A DNA stretch of 64,000 nucleotides from a virus (IMGVR_UViG_3300045988_104111:1-64000); one strand, 5' to 3'; counted from the stretch's first letter, positions 46,842-55,075 are shown. Notes: a model not told the origin generated them from the sequence alone. Program-made: numbers and translations.

Positions 46842-47390
46842 CTATTTATTATTTATTTTTAATGGCACTAATGATGGAATAAATCCACTACATGAATAAT
46901 GCTTATATCCATCGTTATTTCTGTTTAACACACTAGAGAAATTTCCACTCCATATTTTATGTTCTCTTGCAAATTTTTTAGTTCCTTTATACTTTCCTAA
47001 AAAATTGAAGTCCATATCATATAAATAAAATTCTGTTCCGAATTTTTCAATGTTGCGTACCATGGACTTCTGCATCAAGTCATTATATGTGTTGTTATAT
47101 TGATGAGTACACCATTCAAGATTTTTATAATAACAGTTTTCTTTATTCTCATCTTTATGGTTAATAATTGGTAAATTATCAGGATTTGGGATAAATGCCA
47201 TGGCAACTGCTCTATGAGCTGTCATTAGATATGGTTTGTGATCTTTCCTAAGATTGTAGATTTTATATCCGTCTTTATGATATGACCACTTTAATTTTTT
47301 ATGGGTATATTCGCTCCAAATATCGCCCCACTGATTGACCTTATACAAACCCTCAAATCCAACTACATCTTTCCAAATTTCTTGTTCCAT
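46842..47390 (-). CDS. HNH homing endonuclease (NUMOD4 + HNH_3 type)
   Basis: EIWKDVVGFEGLYKVNQWGDIWS and INHKDENKENCYYKNLEW motifs. Confidence 0.75.
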   Translation of the reverse strand: MEQEIWKDVVGFEGLYKVNQWGDIWSEYTHKKLKWSYHKDGYKIYNLRKDHKPYLMTAHRAVAMAFIPNPDNLPIINHKDENKENCYYKNLEWCTHQYNNTYNDLMQKSMVRNIEKFGTEFYLYDMDFNFLGKYKGTKKFAREHKIWSGNFSSVLNRNNDGYKHYSCSGFIPSLVPLKINNK

Positions 47391-47590
47391 TCTTTGATCT
47401 TCCTTTCAAGATTTAATTTATATAAAAGGCTTGACGGAAAGGCATCATTATCTCAACAGTTAATTACTCTGTTGCTACCCTTTTATTCTTTTTTATTTGA
47501 GCCTTTTATCGTCATGCTCAGGACTATATTCTAGGAGGTTCACAATGAAGAACTGTAATTGAGATTACCCAATCTCTCAACCACATCTGT

Positions 47591-47619
47591 ATTATATCAT
47601 AAGAAATACTGTTTGTCAA
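47591..47619 (-). promoter_or_regulatory. sigma-A type promoter (about 200-nt leader before the HNH ORF)
   Basis: Minus strand reads TTGACA-17-TATAAT (TGa). Confidence 0.65.
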
Positions 47620-47786
47620 GAACAAATTTTATTCATTTCAATAAAATTTTCACAAGCCCAACCATTGAGGACGGGGATTTCATCACAGCTATATCCCCAC
47701 AATCCAGTTTCACGGTTATAGCAATCTACATGGCAAATGAAATCGCCAATTTTGAAACAGGTATCAAGTATAATCATTATCTCCAT
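47616..47786 (-). CDS. possible 56-aa Cys-rich protein
   Basis: ORF between two promoters; no clear SD. Confidence 0.3.
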   Translation of the reverse strand: MEIMIILDTCFKIGDFICHVDCYNRETGLWGYSCDEIPVLNGWACENFIEMNKICS

Positions 47787-47801
47787 TTATTTGATAGTTG
47801 G

Positions 47802-47830
47802 ATTATACCATATAAAATTTTATTTGTCAA
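47802..47830 (-). promoter_or_regulatory. sigma-A type promoter
   Basis: Minus strand reads TTGACA-17-TATAAT (TGg). Confidence 0.65.
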
Positions 47831-48240
47831 GCATCTTTTTCAAATTTATTTTTAATATCCGTCCATCTTTTTATCTGGTCATCTACACGCACCCATTCAC
47901 CATAATGTATATCTGGGTCAAAATACCATAGTCCATAATAGTTTGGATTTTTCTCATCTTCAATAGAGCGAAATGGATTTCCATAGCCTTGATACTTAAA
48001 TAAATCTTTAATAAATGTCACATCGCTATCATTTCCAACTATAAACGCCGCCATATAACCAACATCAAATCTGTTAATATAGATAAGCTCAGCACCATCT
48101 TTTCCATAAAACCCCAACGTACTATTATTCTGTTTCTTTACATTATTGTACCGGCACTGAAATTCATGGAGATGTGCCTCATACTCATCATCAAATTCTG
48201 CGCCGCAATATTCACATTTGTAAATCGTTGTTTCAATCAT
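47827..48240 (-). CDS. hypothetical protein with an N-terminal zinc ribbon
   Basis: YKCEYCGAEF...HEFQC pattern. Confidence 0.5.
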   Translation of the reverse strand: MIETTIYKCEYCGAEFDDEYEAHLHEFQCRYNNVKKQNNSTLGFYGKDGAELIYINRFDVGYMAAFIVGNDSDVTFIKDLFKYQGYGNPFRSIEDEKNPNYYGLWYFDPDIHYGEWVRVDDQIKRWTDIKNKFEKDA

Positions 48241-48417
48241 TCAAACAGCTCCTCCATTTCTCTAACATGATATTGTCTATTTTTCAAATCGTCCACCCTA
48301 GTTCTAGCCAATTCCCAATTTGAACCAGCAAAGCCGCTTTTCATCACATCAGCTATAATCTGCTCGTCTTTATATTTGCGCCGTTCGAGCCGTAAATCAT
48401 GTAGCAGCTTATATATC

Positions 48418-48747
48418 TTATACCCATTGCAGCTTATATTTAACCCATGTCACCCTTGCTACAAGCTGGTCATGCAGGTCACAGAATGAGCCAATTTGTT
48501 CCAATGCTGAATCGTAATTCGCTAATTCCGAATTGTCAAATCCGTTAAAATCGACGGTTTTAGATGGTACATCAATCTGCTGTACAAAATATCCAAGATT
48601 GCGCATTTGCTTTGGCAGATTGGCAAGCGCATTATCAGCTTTGGTCTTATCATTGAATTGAAATGATTCAACTAATTCAGATGTTGGAATCCATTGTCCA
48701 ATAGTATTGTGCATGAGATAGTATTTTTGATTATAGAGTATATACAT
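48418..48747 (-). CDS. hypothetical protein
   Basis: 109-aa ORF. Confidence 0.5.
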   Translation of the reverse strand: MYILYNQKYYLMHNTIGQWIPTSELVESFQFNDKTKADNALANLPKQMRNLGYFVQQIDVPSKTVDFNGFDNSELANYDSALEQIGSFCDLHDQLVARVTWVKYKLQWV

Positions 48748-48750
48748 TAT

Positions 48751-49137
48751 CTATCGTTTCTTTCTTTTCAATTTGCGGCGATCGAATAAAATCCATTTTA
48801 ATTTATCGCATGATTCGTACCACCATTTCTTAAAATCTTTTGCCCATGCGCTATCTTCATAATATATTTTAGTTGGCATCGGTTTTGTTTCTACGGTTTT
48901 CATTGGATTTTCCATGCGATTGCCAATTTTATCTTCTTTAGGCGGTTCTATAACGTATTTACCATTCTCATTCAATCTTACATTTGGAATGTCAGTATAT
49001 AACCAACTAACATCTGAACCATCATTATTTAGCATGCGTTTCTTGAACAGAACGTGGAAATTACCATCAAGTTGCTTCTCTACAACTGCACATTCTTCAT
49101 CGATTGACTTTAGATATTCAAATAAATTGTTCTTCAT
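48751..49137 (-). CDS. hypothetical protein (first gene of the leftward module)
   Basis: ATG after GGTGGAGGA; 128 aa. Confidence 0.5.
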   Translation of the reverse strand: MKNNLFEYLKSIDEECAVVEKQLDGNFHVLFKKRMLNNDGSDVSWLYTDIPNVRLNENGKYVIEPPKEDKIGNRMENPMKTVETKPMPTKIYYEDSAWAKDFKKWWYESCDKLKWILFDRRKLKRKKR

Positions 49138-49173
49138 TATCAGAATCCTCCACCTTTTCTATTTCATGGTTCA

Positions 49174-49202
49174 ATTATACCATGTTTATTTACATTTGTC
49201 AA
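49174..49202 (-). promoter_or_regulatory. sigma-A type promoter heading the leftward module
   Basis: Minus strand reads TTGACA-17-TATAAT (TGg). Confidence 0.65.
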
Positions 49203-49206
49203 GTAC

Positions 49207-49310
49207 AATTTTCAATTTTCATTCCACGATTGTAAATATCGATTCCGATTTTAGAATTTCATTTTCCACATATACTTACAATCTCGCAAATCAATTTTCA
49301 TTTTCCAACT
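49207..49310. repeat. iteron-like direct repeats AATTT(T)CATT(TT)CCA(C/A), three copies about 40 bp apart
   Basis: Copies at 49214-27, 49255-69 and 49293-309. Related CATTTTTCCAAC at 49595-606. Confidence 0.5.
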
Positions 49311-49375
49311 CGTGCATATATAGATATCTATATACATACACATATACAATAACAATAATCATTATCATTTTTTAT

Positions 49376-49442
49376 CTGCATATACATTTACATATTCATA
49401 TGCAGATACATCTACATCATCATGCATATAAATGATGTAGAT
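49376..49442. repeat. two adjacent AT-rich inverted repeats
   Basis: ctgcatat/atatgcag at 49376-83/49398-405. atctacatcat/atgatgtagat at 49410-20/49432-42. Confidence 0.6.
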
Positions 49443-49891
49443 AGATTGATTGATGAATAGATTTACACATATATAGATACATATATACTAATATTACATA
49501 TTATATTAGCATCAAAGTCAATATGTCTATATATCCATCAGTACATTTATTCACACATTCACATTTTTCATATGAATATATGTGAACATTCACACATTTT
49601 TCCAACGAGTTTATGTATTGATTTGCTACTTTTCTATATAGATATATACTATTAACATCAATCTATTGCATACGCACATTATCTTGTATGGATATAATGC
49701 TTGGTTGTCAATTATGACATGATCACCACAATTAGCCGTGTCGCATCACCTGCGCCTTACTATGCAGATTTTAGCACAATAACATATACCTACTATCATC
49801 GGCGCAAAAAGCCCGCTATGAGCAACACAGATGCCGTCACGTCCACGCGATTATTATGTACACACTATATTGCCCGAGAAAACAATCGTCG

Positions 49892-50001
49892 CTTAACACG
49901 GACACGCAGACATGAAAAATAGGCGTTGATTTGAGCCGCCGCGATATTATATATAGTATATATGGCGGGTAAAATTGTAAGAATCTTAACACGCACACGC
50001 A
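49892..50001. repeat. 17-nt direct repeat CTTAACACG(G/C)ACACGCA flanking a GC-clamped AT hairpin
   Basis: Copies at 49892-49908 and 49985-50001 (16/17 identical). Confidence 0.55.
49930..49985 (+). repeat. copy A of a roughly 50-bp element (GATATTATATATA..TAGTATATA..GGTAAAAT), also promoter-like (TTGAGC-17-TAGTAT)
   Basis: Shares three ordered blocks with 51667-51730. Confidence 0.4.
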
Positions 50002-50013
50002 AGAATACGACGC

Positions 50014-50079
50014 TGTCAATTTTGACATCAAATTGGGCATATGGAACAGATGTTCGATATACAGTTAGCATATGCTAAC
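50014..50079. promoter_or_regulatory. two perfect palindromes (operator candidates)
   Basis: TGTCAATTTTGACA at 50014-27; GTTAGCATATGCTAAC at 50064-79. Confidence 0.4.
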
Positions 50080-50152
50080 CTATTTACTTTACTTGGGTAA
50101 AGTTTTTCAAAAAGTTGGAAATTGTGCAGATTGTACAATTTGGCTAAAATGA

Positions 50153-50272
50153 TATCCGGCAACGAAGCCCTCCGGCAGCTGTCCAAAACTGGAACCCGAC
50201 CCGGAGAAAAAACCCTTCGCCATCGTCATGCCGCCCCCCAACGTCACCGGCCAATTGCACATGGGCCACGCC
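50153..50272 (+). pseudogene. valS: internal fragment of a valyl-tRNA synthetase gene (HIGH-motif region)
   Basis: Translates to ...[31 protein letters not shown], then diverges to a stop. A stop lies at 50150 and there is no start codon. Locally high G+C. Confidence 0.65.
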
Positions 50273-50295
50273 CAATCAGAAGCGCCAAATCTCAG

Positions 50296-50380
50296 GCCGT
50301 CTACGTGAGACGTGTGGGGGCTGTTTGGTGGGATCTACTCTTTTTATCCTGCCGAAAAAATAATACCCCACTGAGACGGC
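50296..50380 (+). other. 85-nt nested three-helix stem-loop (candidate structured RNA, plus strand)
   Basis: Helix 1: gccgtct/agacggc. Helix 2: gtgggg/ccccac. Helix 3: ggtgggat/atcctgcc, with two G.U pairs that would be A.C on the other strand. Confidence 0.3.
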
Positions 50381-50435
50381 ATACAATCCCCTACAAGGCG
50401 CGAACTATACCGGGACTATAGATATATAGGCAAGC

Positions 50436-50465
50436 AAAAAAACCCGCCAGCAGACCGCCAGCGGG
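50436..50465 (-). terminator. rho-independent terminator of the moron operon
   Basis: Minus strand reads CCCGCUGGC-GGUCU-GCUGGCGGG (9 bp, 2 G.U) followed by UUUUUUU. Confidence 0.75.
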
Positions 50466-50486
50466 CTTGTAAAGCATGACTCTTTT

Positions 50487-50675
50487 TTAAATTTCCATCT
50501 GCGCAAAGTTCGACATCTCGGCAGCCATACAAGCCGGAGTACTTGCATATTTTTGCATCCATTTATCAAAATTCCATTCAAGATAGTTTTCAAGATTTTG
50601 TAAATTTTCTGTATTGCTTGCAAGCTCACGGATTGCATTACAAAATTGAGCAGCTTCAAAGGTGTATTTTTGCAT
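50487..50675 (-). CDS. 62-aa hypothetical protein (moron operon)
   Basis: ATG 50675 after GGAAGGAG. The upstream part of the track ORF lacks coding character. Confidence 0.5.
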   Translation of the reverse strand: MQKYTFEAAQFCNAIRELASNTENLQNLENYLEWNFDKWMQKYASTPACMAAEMSNFAQMEI

Positions 50676-50830
50676 AATAATTTTACTCCTTCCTATTCTC
50701 ACGCCTTCAGCCCTAAAAAAATCTCCATTAAATACGGGATCCAGAAAAAACTGGAAATTGCTACAATGCAAAGTAAATATTGCAAAACCCAGTAAATGTG
50801 ATTCAAACGACGATTGTATTTTTTCATTGT

Positions 50831-51046
50831 TCAAGCCTCTATCATTTTCACGGCGACGCAAAGAGCTTCTGCCGGGATATTAGCGGCATTATATGCCACT
50901 TCAATTTCTGCATCGCTTGCATTTTCTGGAAGCGTGATTTTTGCCACTTCTTTCCATTCATATCGGTTACGCGCGTCGATAATTCTTCCAGCTTTTTCCA
51001 TAGGAATTGCATAAACTCTTTCGATATTGTACATAATTTTTACCAT
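50831..51046 (-). CDS. 71-aa hypothetical protein (moron operon)
   Basis: ORF with AAGGATGG upstream. Confidence 0.5.
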   Translation of the reverse strand: MVKIMYNIERVYAIPMEKAGRIIDARNRYEWKEVAKITLPENASDAEIEVAYNAANIPAEALCVAVKMIEA

Positions 51047-51117
51047 CCTTTTTTAATAAAATGTTATGGGAATAGGGCTTTTTGAACGGAAACCCTCTAG
51101 AAACCGCGCGGAAATGT

Positions 51118-51363
51118 TTAATCTTCTCCATCCTGCTCTTTCATAATATCTTCAAAAGAATCATATCCCAACCACTCCGCAATCGTATCTTCTTCAAACC
51201 AGAAAAAATCATTAATTGCAGTTTCGTCCATTCCTTCCGGGTAGCATTCTTCTAATATTGACTCGATTTGATCGAGTTCGCAAGGTGTCAAATATTTTAT
51301 AGTATCTTTGGCACCGCTCCAAAATTCAAAATCGCGCAAGCTTTTTTCAGTGTAAATTTTCAT
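51118..51363 (-). CDS. 81-aa strongly acidic protein (moron operon)
   Basis: AGGAGGAAAC SD. D/E-rich; the pattern FEFWSGA...INDFFWFEEDTIAEWLG recalls small ORFs of Firmicute conjugative elements (recall only). Confidence 0.55.
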   Translation of the reverse strand: MKIYTEKSLRDFEFWSGAKDTIKYLTPCELDQIESILEECYPEGMDETAINDFFWFEEDTIAEWLGYDSFEDIMKEQDGED

Positions 51364-51399
51364 TTTGTTTCCTCCTGTTTTATTTATTTTTTATAGCTT

Positions 51400-51426
51400 G
51401 GCGGGATTGCTCCCGCCTTGCTTTTT
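51400..51426. terminator. GC hairpin GGCGGGA-ttgc-TCCCGCC between moron ORFs; the U-tract is on the plus strand only
   Basis: Stem arms at 51400-06/51411-17, followed on the plus strand by ttgcttttt. Confidence 0.4.
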
Positions 51427-51568
51427 ACTTGTGTTCGTCCACCCATTCCCGCGCGGCTTTTTCTGTTTCTACCTCTGTTAAAATTTTGCCGCTTGCGTCT
51501 CGGATATAATAGACGCTCTCGGATTCCTGAATCAAGAATCCTTTATACTGTTCTTCCGTGGTGTTCAC
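51425..51568 (-). CDS. possible 47-aa protein (first ORF of the moron operon)
   Basis: Coding-like ...EEQYKGFLIQESESVYYIRDASGKILTEVETEKAAREWVDEHK. Only a GTG start abutting GGGAGG, so the start is uncertain. Confidence 0.35.
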   Translation of the reverse strand: MNTTEEQYKGFLIQESESVYYIRDASGKILTEVETEKAAREWVDEHK

Positions 51569-51585
51569 CTCCCTTGCATGGTCAT

Positions 51586-51614
51586 ATGATACAGCATAAC
51601 GCCGGAAAAGTCAA
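51586..51614 (-). promoter_or_regulatory. sigma-A type promoter of the moron operon
   Basis: Minus strand reads TTGACT-17-TATCAT. Confidence 0.55.
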
Positions 51615-51666
51615 CCCATTCATTACAAAAATATTGCACAAAAAAGCGCGGCTGATTTTATGCAAA

Positions 51667-51730
51667 TTGACGAAGCGGATATTATATATATTATAGTATA
51701 TAATAGCTGGATAACGGTAAAATGCTACAA
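51667..51730 (+). repeat. copy B of the roughly 50-bp element, promoter-like (TTGACG...TATAGT), followed by a short hairpin plus T-run
   Basis: Blocks GATATTATATATA, TAGTATATA and GGTAAAAT as in copy A. Downstream agccgtt-tta-agcggtt then ttt at about 51760-51780. Confidence 0.35.
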
Positions 51731-52763
51731 TGCCGCTGTGAGGCGCTTAGAGCCGTTTTAAGCGGTTTTTGAGTTAAGACGTGTTTTTATATGTCCGGCT
51801 TTTTTATTCCGTTATACGCTTTTCATACAGTTTGATTATTCACTGTTTTGATGGCAAATAGATATGTTATACGCTTGAAAAGTTAGAATATTCTAGATAG
51901 CGCTAGTTATTGTATAGTTATACTGTGTATATGCGGCATGAATATGAATATCTATAATATCAATTATGATTCCCATTATATAATCGGTATATATATATCT
52001 ATATATATATAAGATTGTATCGAGTATAATAGTTACAATATAGTTACAATGTGTAACAGGATCATGTCAATATTGTACGGCATATTATATTTTATAATTG
52101 TAAATTTCTAATTCCAATTATAAAATCCTATTATATTATATAGGCAGGTATAGCATGGATGATATGCGAACGTTTGTTCTGTTAGTAGTTGTTATAGTGG
52201 ATGGGATGGTTGGTTGAGATGGTTAACAAGTGTTATACAAAAAAGCGCATAATGTGTAATATGTAGCATACTACATATTTTTTGCTAGTAAAATCATGGG
52301 ACAAAAATGGGTCATCATGGCAATTTCCCATAGCTGGCCAGGCAAAAATAAGAATCATTTCTATTTTAGTCCATATCAGTGGAAAAGTGCTATTTTCGGG
52401 TGTTTTTGAGATGATAACATTTCTCAGGACGGGGGCTTGGATCTGGACAGAAGAAATTGAAATGGATGAAAATGGCATTTAGCACAACAAACCACACACC
52501 ATGTAATCACATTATAAATTCATACAACACACACATCATTATTTACAACTTGTAACGCCATATATTTTAGCAAATCACATACTATGCAATATTTTAATAA
52601 TTTACAATTTGTTAACAAATAACAAATAAAAATATGGTATAATTAGATAATGATAAAAAAGTTGTACAATCGGTGATACTAATATAATACGTTAGTATTA
52701 TTATAGTGTCACGCAATGTACAAAAATTTTACCTCAAGGTACAAAAATAGGAAGGAAGAAAAT

Positions 52764-53798
52764 ATGCCAAGCAAACCAAAATACTTACCATCCAATGAAA
52801 ATAATAAACTAATTGACGCCCTTATCAAAATAGAAGGGCGCGAATTAAAATATCCAGAGCTATGCAAGGCGCTCGATATTCCAACTAAATCTGGCAACAC
52901 TAAGATATCTCAACTAGATAAAGTTCGGAATTATTGTCAACTAGATACTCTAGAACATCCAACCCGTTATATTGTACAAGAGGTCTATCCTGAAGCAGAT
53001 GCGCTTATCAATGAATTAGACAAAGACTCATATCAAGCCGCATTTGAAGCTGCCCTTTATCAAATCTTTCTCAAGACAAATTGCGCCACTATATATGCGT
53101 CAACCAGCAATCTGCTCAGAATGTTCCAGGAGGTCAATGATAATTTCAGCTACACATATAGCCAAGCTGTAGAAAATTCAGAGCATTATGGCTATATGAG
53201 TTTGGTCAATGGCGTTGTATATAATATCCTAGCACAATGGACTAGGCGTAAATTGCTGACCATGAAGAACCGTTATGTCATTGACTTGAATAGAGGTTAT
53301 CGGCTCTATAAGCAACGGTACAATCCAAAGGGAAAAGAAACATGGCTCGAAACATACGATGTGCCAGAAGATAGCCCAGATCATCAAACCTGCCTATCCA
53401 TCTATTCAAAAGCCGTTAATGATATTATGCCGCCAAATTGGGGCAAAGTCATAGACAATAGGGTCTACAAGCCATATGTGTCCACAGAGACATATAAAGC
53501 ATTTGATGCGAGACTTGCTCAATTAACCCAAGAGACATTTGGTGGAGAATATATCAAAGTTAAAGAGGTCTATATCATTAAACCAGCAACAAAGGAATGG
53601 ATAGCTAATAGGCTATTAGATGTCTATGAGCATTATCCCAGCTTTGAGAAAATCAATAAAGAGGCGTGTGCTAAGATTATTCAAACCAGCCAGCTTAGTT
53701 GTATCACAGGCAAACAGCGGCGCGAATTTGTTGACATCAATATGAACAATAAGCAGAGCGACAAGCTCAAGGATTTAATAAAAAATGAGAATGGCTGA
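52764..53798 (+). CDS. hypothetical protein, possible DNA-binding regulator
   Basis: ATG 52764 after AGGAAGGAAG. N-terminal HTH-like ELCKALDIPTKSGNTKISQL. Lone plus-strand gene after the AT-rich region. Confidence 0.5.
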   Translation: MPSKPKYLPSNENNKLIDALIKIEGRELKYPELCKALDIPTKSGNTKISQLDKVRNYCQLDTLEHPTRYIVQEVYPEADALINELDKDSYQAAFEAALYQIFLKTNCATIYASTSNLLRMFQEVNDNFSYTYSQAVENSEHYGYMSLVNGVVYNILAQWTRRKLLTMKNRYVIDLNRGYRLYKQRYNPKGKETWLETYDVPEDSPDHQTCLSIYSKAVNDIMPPNWGKVIDNRVYKPYVSTETYKAFDARLAQLTQETFGGEYIKVKEVYIIKPATKEWIANRLLDVYEHYPSFEKINKEACAKIIQTSQLSCITGKQRREFVDINMNNKQSDKLKDLIKNENG

Positions 53799-53823
53799 AA
53801 TTTGCCATTCTCATTTTATTTAT
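53783..53823 (+). terminator. rho-independent terminator overlapping the stop codon (possibly bidirectional)
   Basis: 13-bp arms aaatgagaatggc/gccattctcattt followed by a T-run. Confidence 0.7.
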
Positions 53824-53838
53824 CACAGTTTTCCAGCA

Positions 53839-54039
53839 TCAATTAGCCGCATTATCAATCCTCCTATTCCATGCTTTCGTAACGGACTCTATCGCCGTTT
53901 CTTCTTCGTCATAAGTTATGGTGGACATAGAACACAAACATTGATTGTATTGTATTGATGCTTCATACCCTTTTCTTACTCTGTACGATTCAAGAAATGC
54001 TTCTCTCCCGCAAAACGGGCACTGTTTCAATTCAGCCAT
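53839..54039 (-). CDS. Lar-family restriction-alleviation-like protein
   Basis: LKQCPFCG near the N-terminus and AWNRR near the C-terminus. Confidence 0.55.
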   Translation of the reverse strand: MAELKQCPFCGREAFLESYRVRKGYEASIQYNQCLCSMSTITYDEEETAIESVTKAWNRRIDNAAN

Positions 54040-54041
54040 TT

Positions 54042-54263
54042 TTAATCAATCCTTCCTTTTGGTGACTTTGGCAACAGCATCCAAAATAATACCTTCGCTT
54101 TATGTCCTTGTGCCACCTCTCCGCCCCAATTTCCGTTATACTGGAATCCTATGCCATATGTCTGATACATACAGTTGTATTGACCATATCTATAATATTC
54201 ATACCAACACAACACATCTTCGCCATCTGGTGGCAATTCAGCCTTAACATCAATCCATTGCAT
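54042..54263 (-). CDS. DUF551-like protein
   Basis: MQWIDVKAELPPDGEDVLCW pattern. Confidence 0.45.
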   Translation of the reverse strand: MQWIDVKAELPPDGEDVLCWYEYYRYGQYNCMYQTYGIGFQYNGNWGGEVAQGHKAKVLFWMLLPKSPKGRID

Positions 54264-54267
54264 CTAA

Positions 54268-54483
54268 TCAATCTTTCCTCTTATACGGCATTAAATCGTT
54301 TGGATGCTTCTTTGCAAATTCCATAAAAATAACGCCTCTGCAATTAACATTCCCATAATCATCCAGATTATCCTCATCCCACATGGGGCATCCTTCACAA
54401 CCTGATGGCATATCTAAATAACCATCACACAGAGCGGACATAGCAAAATTGATAGCTTCTTTTACAAGTTCAATCTTTTCCAT
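54268..54483 (-). CDS. hypothetical Cys-rich protein
   Basis: 71-aa ORF. Confidence 0.45.
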   Translation of the reverse strand: MEKIELVKEAINFAMSALCDGYLDMPSGCEGCPMWDEDNLDDYGNVNCRGVIFMEFAKKHPNDLMPYKRKD

Positions 54484-54900
54484 TTAATCAATCCTTTCTT
54501 CAGCAATTCCATCAGCCGTACTATAGCAAATATGCTTAATTCCCAATTCTTTTATATATTTCATACAAGCAGGACATGGACGCGCCATTGCTTTATTACC
54601 ATTTGCATATTCACGATATACATATAGCGTCGATTTGCTAAAATCAATATCCAGATATTTTACTTTGCTCAATGCCCTAATTTCAGCATGAAGCGAATTT
54701 ACAACGCCGCTCTGATTTGGATCAAATTCACGCTCTGCATTAAGCCGTTTCTGCAATGGGCTTGTTTTGGTGCTGTTGCATCCTGTAGCAAGCAATATAC
54801 CCTTATAGTACAGAGCTGCGCCAAGATGGTATCTAGGAAATTTAGATTCTTTGCTTGCTTTACAAGCCGATTCAATGCCGCGCTTAGTTCTCTGGTTCAT
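54484..54900 (-). CDS. dCMP/cytidine deaminase family protein
   Basis: Zinc motifs HAEIRAL and PCPACMKYI. Confidence 0.8.
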   Translation of the reverse strand: MNQRTKRGIESACKASKESKFPRYHLGAALYYKGILLATGCNSTKTSPLQKRLNAEREFDPNQSGVVNSLHAEIRALSKVKYLDIDFSKSTLYVYREYANGNKAMARPCPACMKYIKELGIKHICYSTADGIAEERID

Positions 54901-55075
54901 AATCTTTACTCAAATATTTATGACATTTACAGATAATCTCAATGGCTCTTTCTGCTGGAAAGAAATTAGTAGAATTATCGTCAAAAATACCATACTTCAC
55001 AAAATCTGCTTTCTCATCTGTTTCAACTTTCTTAAATGCCTCAACTGCATCATCAAGGTTGATATAAATAGCCAT
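54884..55075 (-). CDS. hypothetical protein
   Basis: 63-aa ORF. Confidence 0.4.
   Translation of the reverse strand: MAIYINLDDAVEAFKKVETDEKADFVKYGIFDDNSTNFFPAERAIEIICKCHKYLSKDYEPEN

Noticed and set aside
49320-49700. Possible CRISPR-like or tandem-repeat array in the AT-rich catata/tatacat-type sequence. The same question applies to 51900-52200.
   Set aside because: There is no regularly spaced identical repeat unit with unique spacers, only short, irregular AT-rich direct and inverted repeats. No cas genes are present.
49700-50150. T-box leader upstream of the valS fragment.
   Set aside because: There is no T-box consensus (..GGUGGUACCGCG..), no specifier-loop/GA-motif arrangement, and no terminator/antiterminator pair. 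The valS piece is an internal fragment without a start codon.
50122-50421. 99-aa plus-strand ORF from the track (Arg/Pro-rich).
   Set aside because: It is out of frame with the only recognisable coding similarity (valS HIGH region). Its low-complexity basic composition is typical of a wrong-frame read through GC-rich DNA. It has no SD.
52233-52482. Overlapping 81-aa (minus) and 66-aa (plus) ORFs in the AT-rich region upstream of 52764.
   Set aside because: They are mutually exclusive, lack SDs (the plus ORF needs a TTG start), and have no recognisable motifs. The region is better treated as regulatory or non-coding until expression data exist.
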